Shown here one piece after another: positions 61,806 through 64,000 of a stretch of DNA of 64,000 bases. Each line of letters opens with the position of its first letter. Positions within the stretch are counted from its first letter, which is position 1. The notes beneath the pieces are model-generated. The model saw only the letters and a program-made list of their open reading frames with translations. It ran no database searches and was not told the DNA's origin. The stretch spans positions 118,794,001-118,858,000 of the forward strand of contig NC_086097.1 in assembly GCF_963921235.1 (NCBI RefSeq). Direction: 5' to 3'. The stretch comes from Mobula hypostoma. Lineage: Eukaryota. Both the position numbers and the translations under genes were made by a program.

Positions 61806-64000
61806 CAGCATTTTTTCTTACTTTTGGGCCCAATGGTGAGAGGAGTGGGGTGCTAGCACACATTTTAATCTTAACCCTCACACCGATACAGAAGAGTCTG
61901 GTAGGGTCACTTTGCCCCTTTTTATAAAGGGAATTGTAGATTGATATTCAGATACATTTTCCAGTTGCCGCAGTTAGTCGTGTCTTGGGCAGGTCCCAGA
62001 GATTATGACTAATGAGAGAGGTTGTTTAAAATCATGAAACATCTCCTGTCCATCGCTGATGATGCAAGTCTCAAGGTTACCACATATTGTACTGTGGTAA
62101 TAACTTTTACTTCCACTTTAAAAACAATCGCTGTCATTGGAAAGACAGCGTATGGGGAATGTTGGCCTGTCCAACCGAGCTGCAAATGGGGGAAGATGAA
62201 TTTGGGCAGATGAGAGAGGGAATAAACAATGCCATATCTGTGAACTGCAGAACACAGCAGCTGCTGGATTTATAAAACTAAAAAAAGACTGCTAGAAATA
62301 CTCAGCAATTCAGGCAGAAAGGGGAAAAAAGAACAGTCAGTGCCCTTACATCAAAAGTGTCTGGTTCTAACTCAGTTCTGGAAAAATGTCATTGACCTGA
62401 ATCCTTTACTCTTAATCTCTCTGACAGGCACAGAGTATATCCAGAATTTTGTGTTTCTATTGCCAAATAAAAATAGATGGGTTCCTATATAGATTTGTAC
62501 GACCACCAGACTCTCTTCATGATTAAAGCTATCTCACCACCATTTCCCCATTGCTGTCAAAGTATGTTAATTTCTTCTTTAGTTTATTGACTGATGTTTA
62601 AAAGGTTCCTTACAGGTGTTTGCAGTATGACTGGAAAGCACCCTATTGTAAAAATTTTTCCCCTCTATGTGAATGATGGTTAGAAGAGACTGCACGCACA
62701 CCTGCAACAAGACACACACGTGACTGAGGGAGGTAAAAGTCTGCAATTTCACACTCTGCTGTTGGACCAAGATGCAGGGCAAAAGCTGGAAATAATGGAA
62801 AGTCACACATGAAATGCTGCAGGAAGTCAGCGGGTAAGGCAGCATTTATAGTGGGAAAAGGATTGTCAACTTTTTGGATTGGGATCTTTCACCTGGACTG
62901 AAAGGTGGAAGGGAGATTTGCATTTTGCAATTCCTTACGATACAGATGAATATTTTTACACTGTGTCACGTTAGCTGGAATGCTTTGCTACTCATTAATT
63001 GAGTCTCCATGTGAAAGAACAACTCAGGAAAGCAGCAACCATCATAAAGGACCCCCACCATTCAGGCCAAGCTTACTTTTCACTACTATATCTGGCAGGA
63101 ATTGCAGAGGTTCCACACCACCACCAGTTGTTTGACAATTTTTATTGATGCATAATTTTTTATATATTATTTTGTATTTCCTTATTTTCCTGTAAATGCC
63201 TGCAAGAAAACGAATCTCAAGGTAGAACCTCAAACTTTACAACTTTCTTCTTTGGTGTTTAAGCTTTCATTATTTTCAAATATTGATTGAACTCTATCCA
63301 TCAATACATGCTAAATGGTGTCAGCTAGGCACATGCAAATTGCATCAGAGCCTGTGTTCCGCCCCTGTGTGTCCAGAATGGTTTTTACTTTGGATAGCGA
63401 GGAGGATACAAAAGGCTCCCAAAGTGAAATAACATTTTTGATGAATAAAATAGTCCCGATGAAGTGATGAAGTGTCCTTGCCCAAGACATCAACCGTTTA
63501 TTCTCCTTCCCAGATACTGCTTGACCTGCTCTGTTCCTCCAGCATTTTGTGTGTGTTGCTTTGGATTTTTAGCATCTGCGAAATCTCTTGTGTTTATAAC
63601 ATGGTGAGTAATTGCCACACTTGTGGTTACCCCTTTTCAATAACTACCGACAGCACAGGTTGCATCAAGTGCTTTCAGAAGATCTGCACAGTAAGAGGAA
63701 GTATTTCAAAGGAGACTCATTAGCCTTCGCCTGGGCAGAATCTAACGTTGTGCATCCCATAAAGAATTGCTAGGAGTGTTGAAGGTCACATTGGTGATGC
63801 AGCTTTCTTCTCGTATCTGTCAACTTTCCAATCACACTTCATGAAATGGTAAAACTGTGAATTAAACTAGTCCGGGTTTCATCTTGCAACAGTGAGAGTT
63901 TCCTAATCTGTCCTGTACAATTAGATTAGTTTTATTTGTCACATGTACGTCAAAATATACAGTAAATTGTGCCAATTGCAGCAGATCAAATCAGCGAGAA

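Overview
This is eukaryotic, repeat-saturated DNA, with no recognisable host protein-coding gene, RNA gene, CRISPR array or prokaryotic system. The mix of CR1 LINEs, Rex1/Babar-like LINEs, Penelope-like elements, Gypsy LTR elements, tRNA-type SINEs and Tc1/mariner MITEs suggests intronic or intergenic DNA of a vertebrate, most likely a cartilaginous fish (inference). Nearly every long ORF is transposon-derived. The main structures are: (1) a decayed minus-strand chromodomain Gypsy (Tf1/sushi-like) element at 8788-18356, with two LTRs, a 5-bp TSD and a readable self-priming architecture, which hosts a near full-length CR1 and a foreign solo LTR; (2) a four-element nest at about 51130-56915 (small host repeat, solo LTR, CR1, near full-length Rex1-like LINE with a 10-bp TSD); (3) further solo LTRs, MITEs with reiterated terminal repeats, and a duplicated LTR/flank junction carrying a microsatellite expansion. 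Two weak exon-like segments are flagged. I found no convincing wholly new biological system. All coordinates and alignments were read by eye, and family names need database confirmation.
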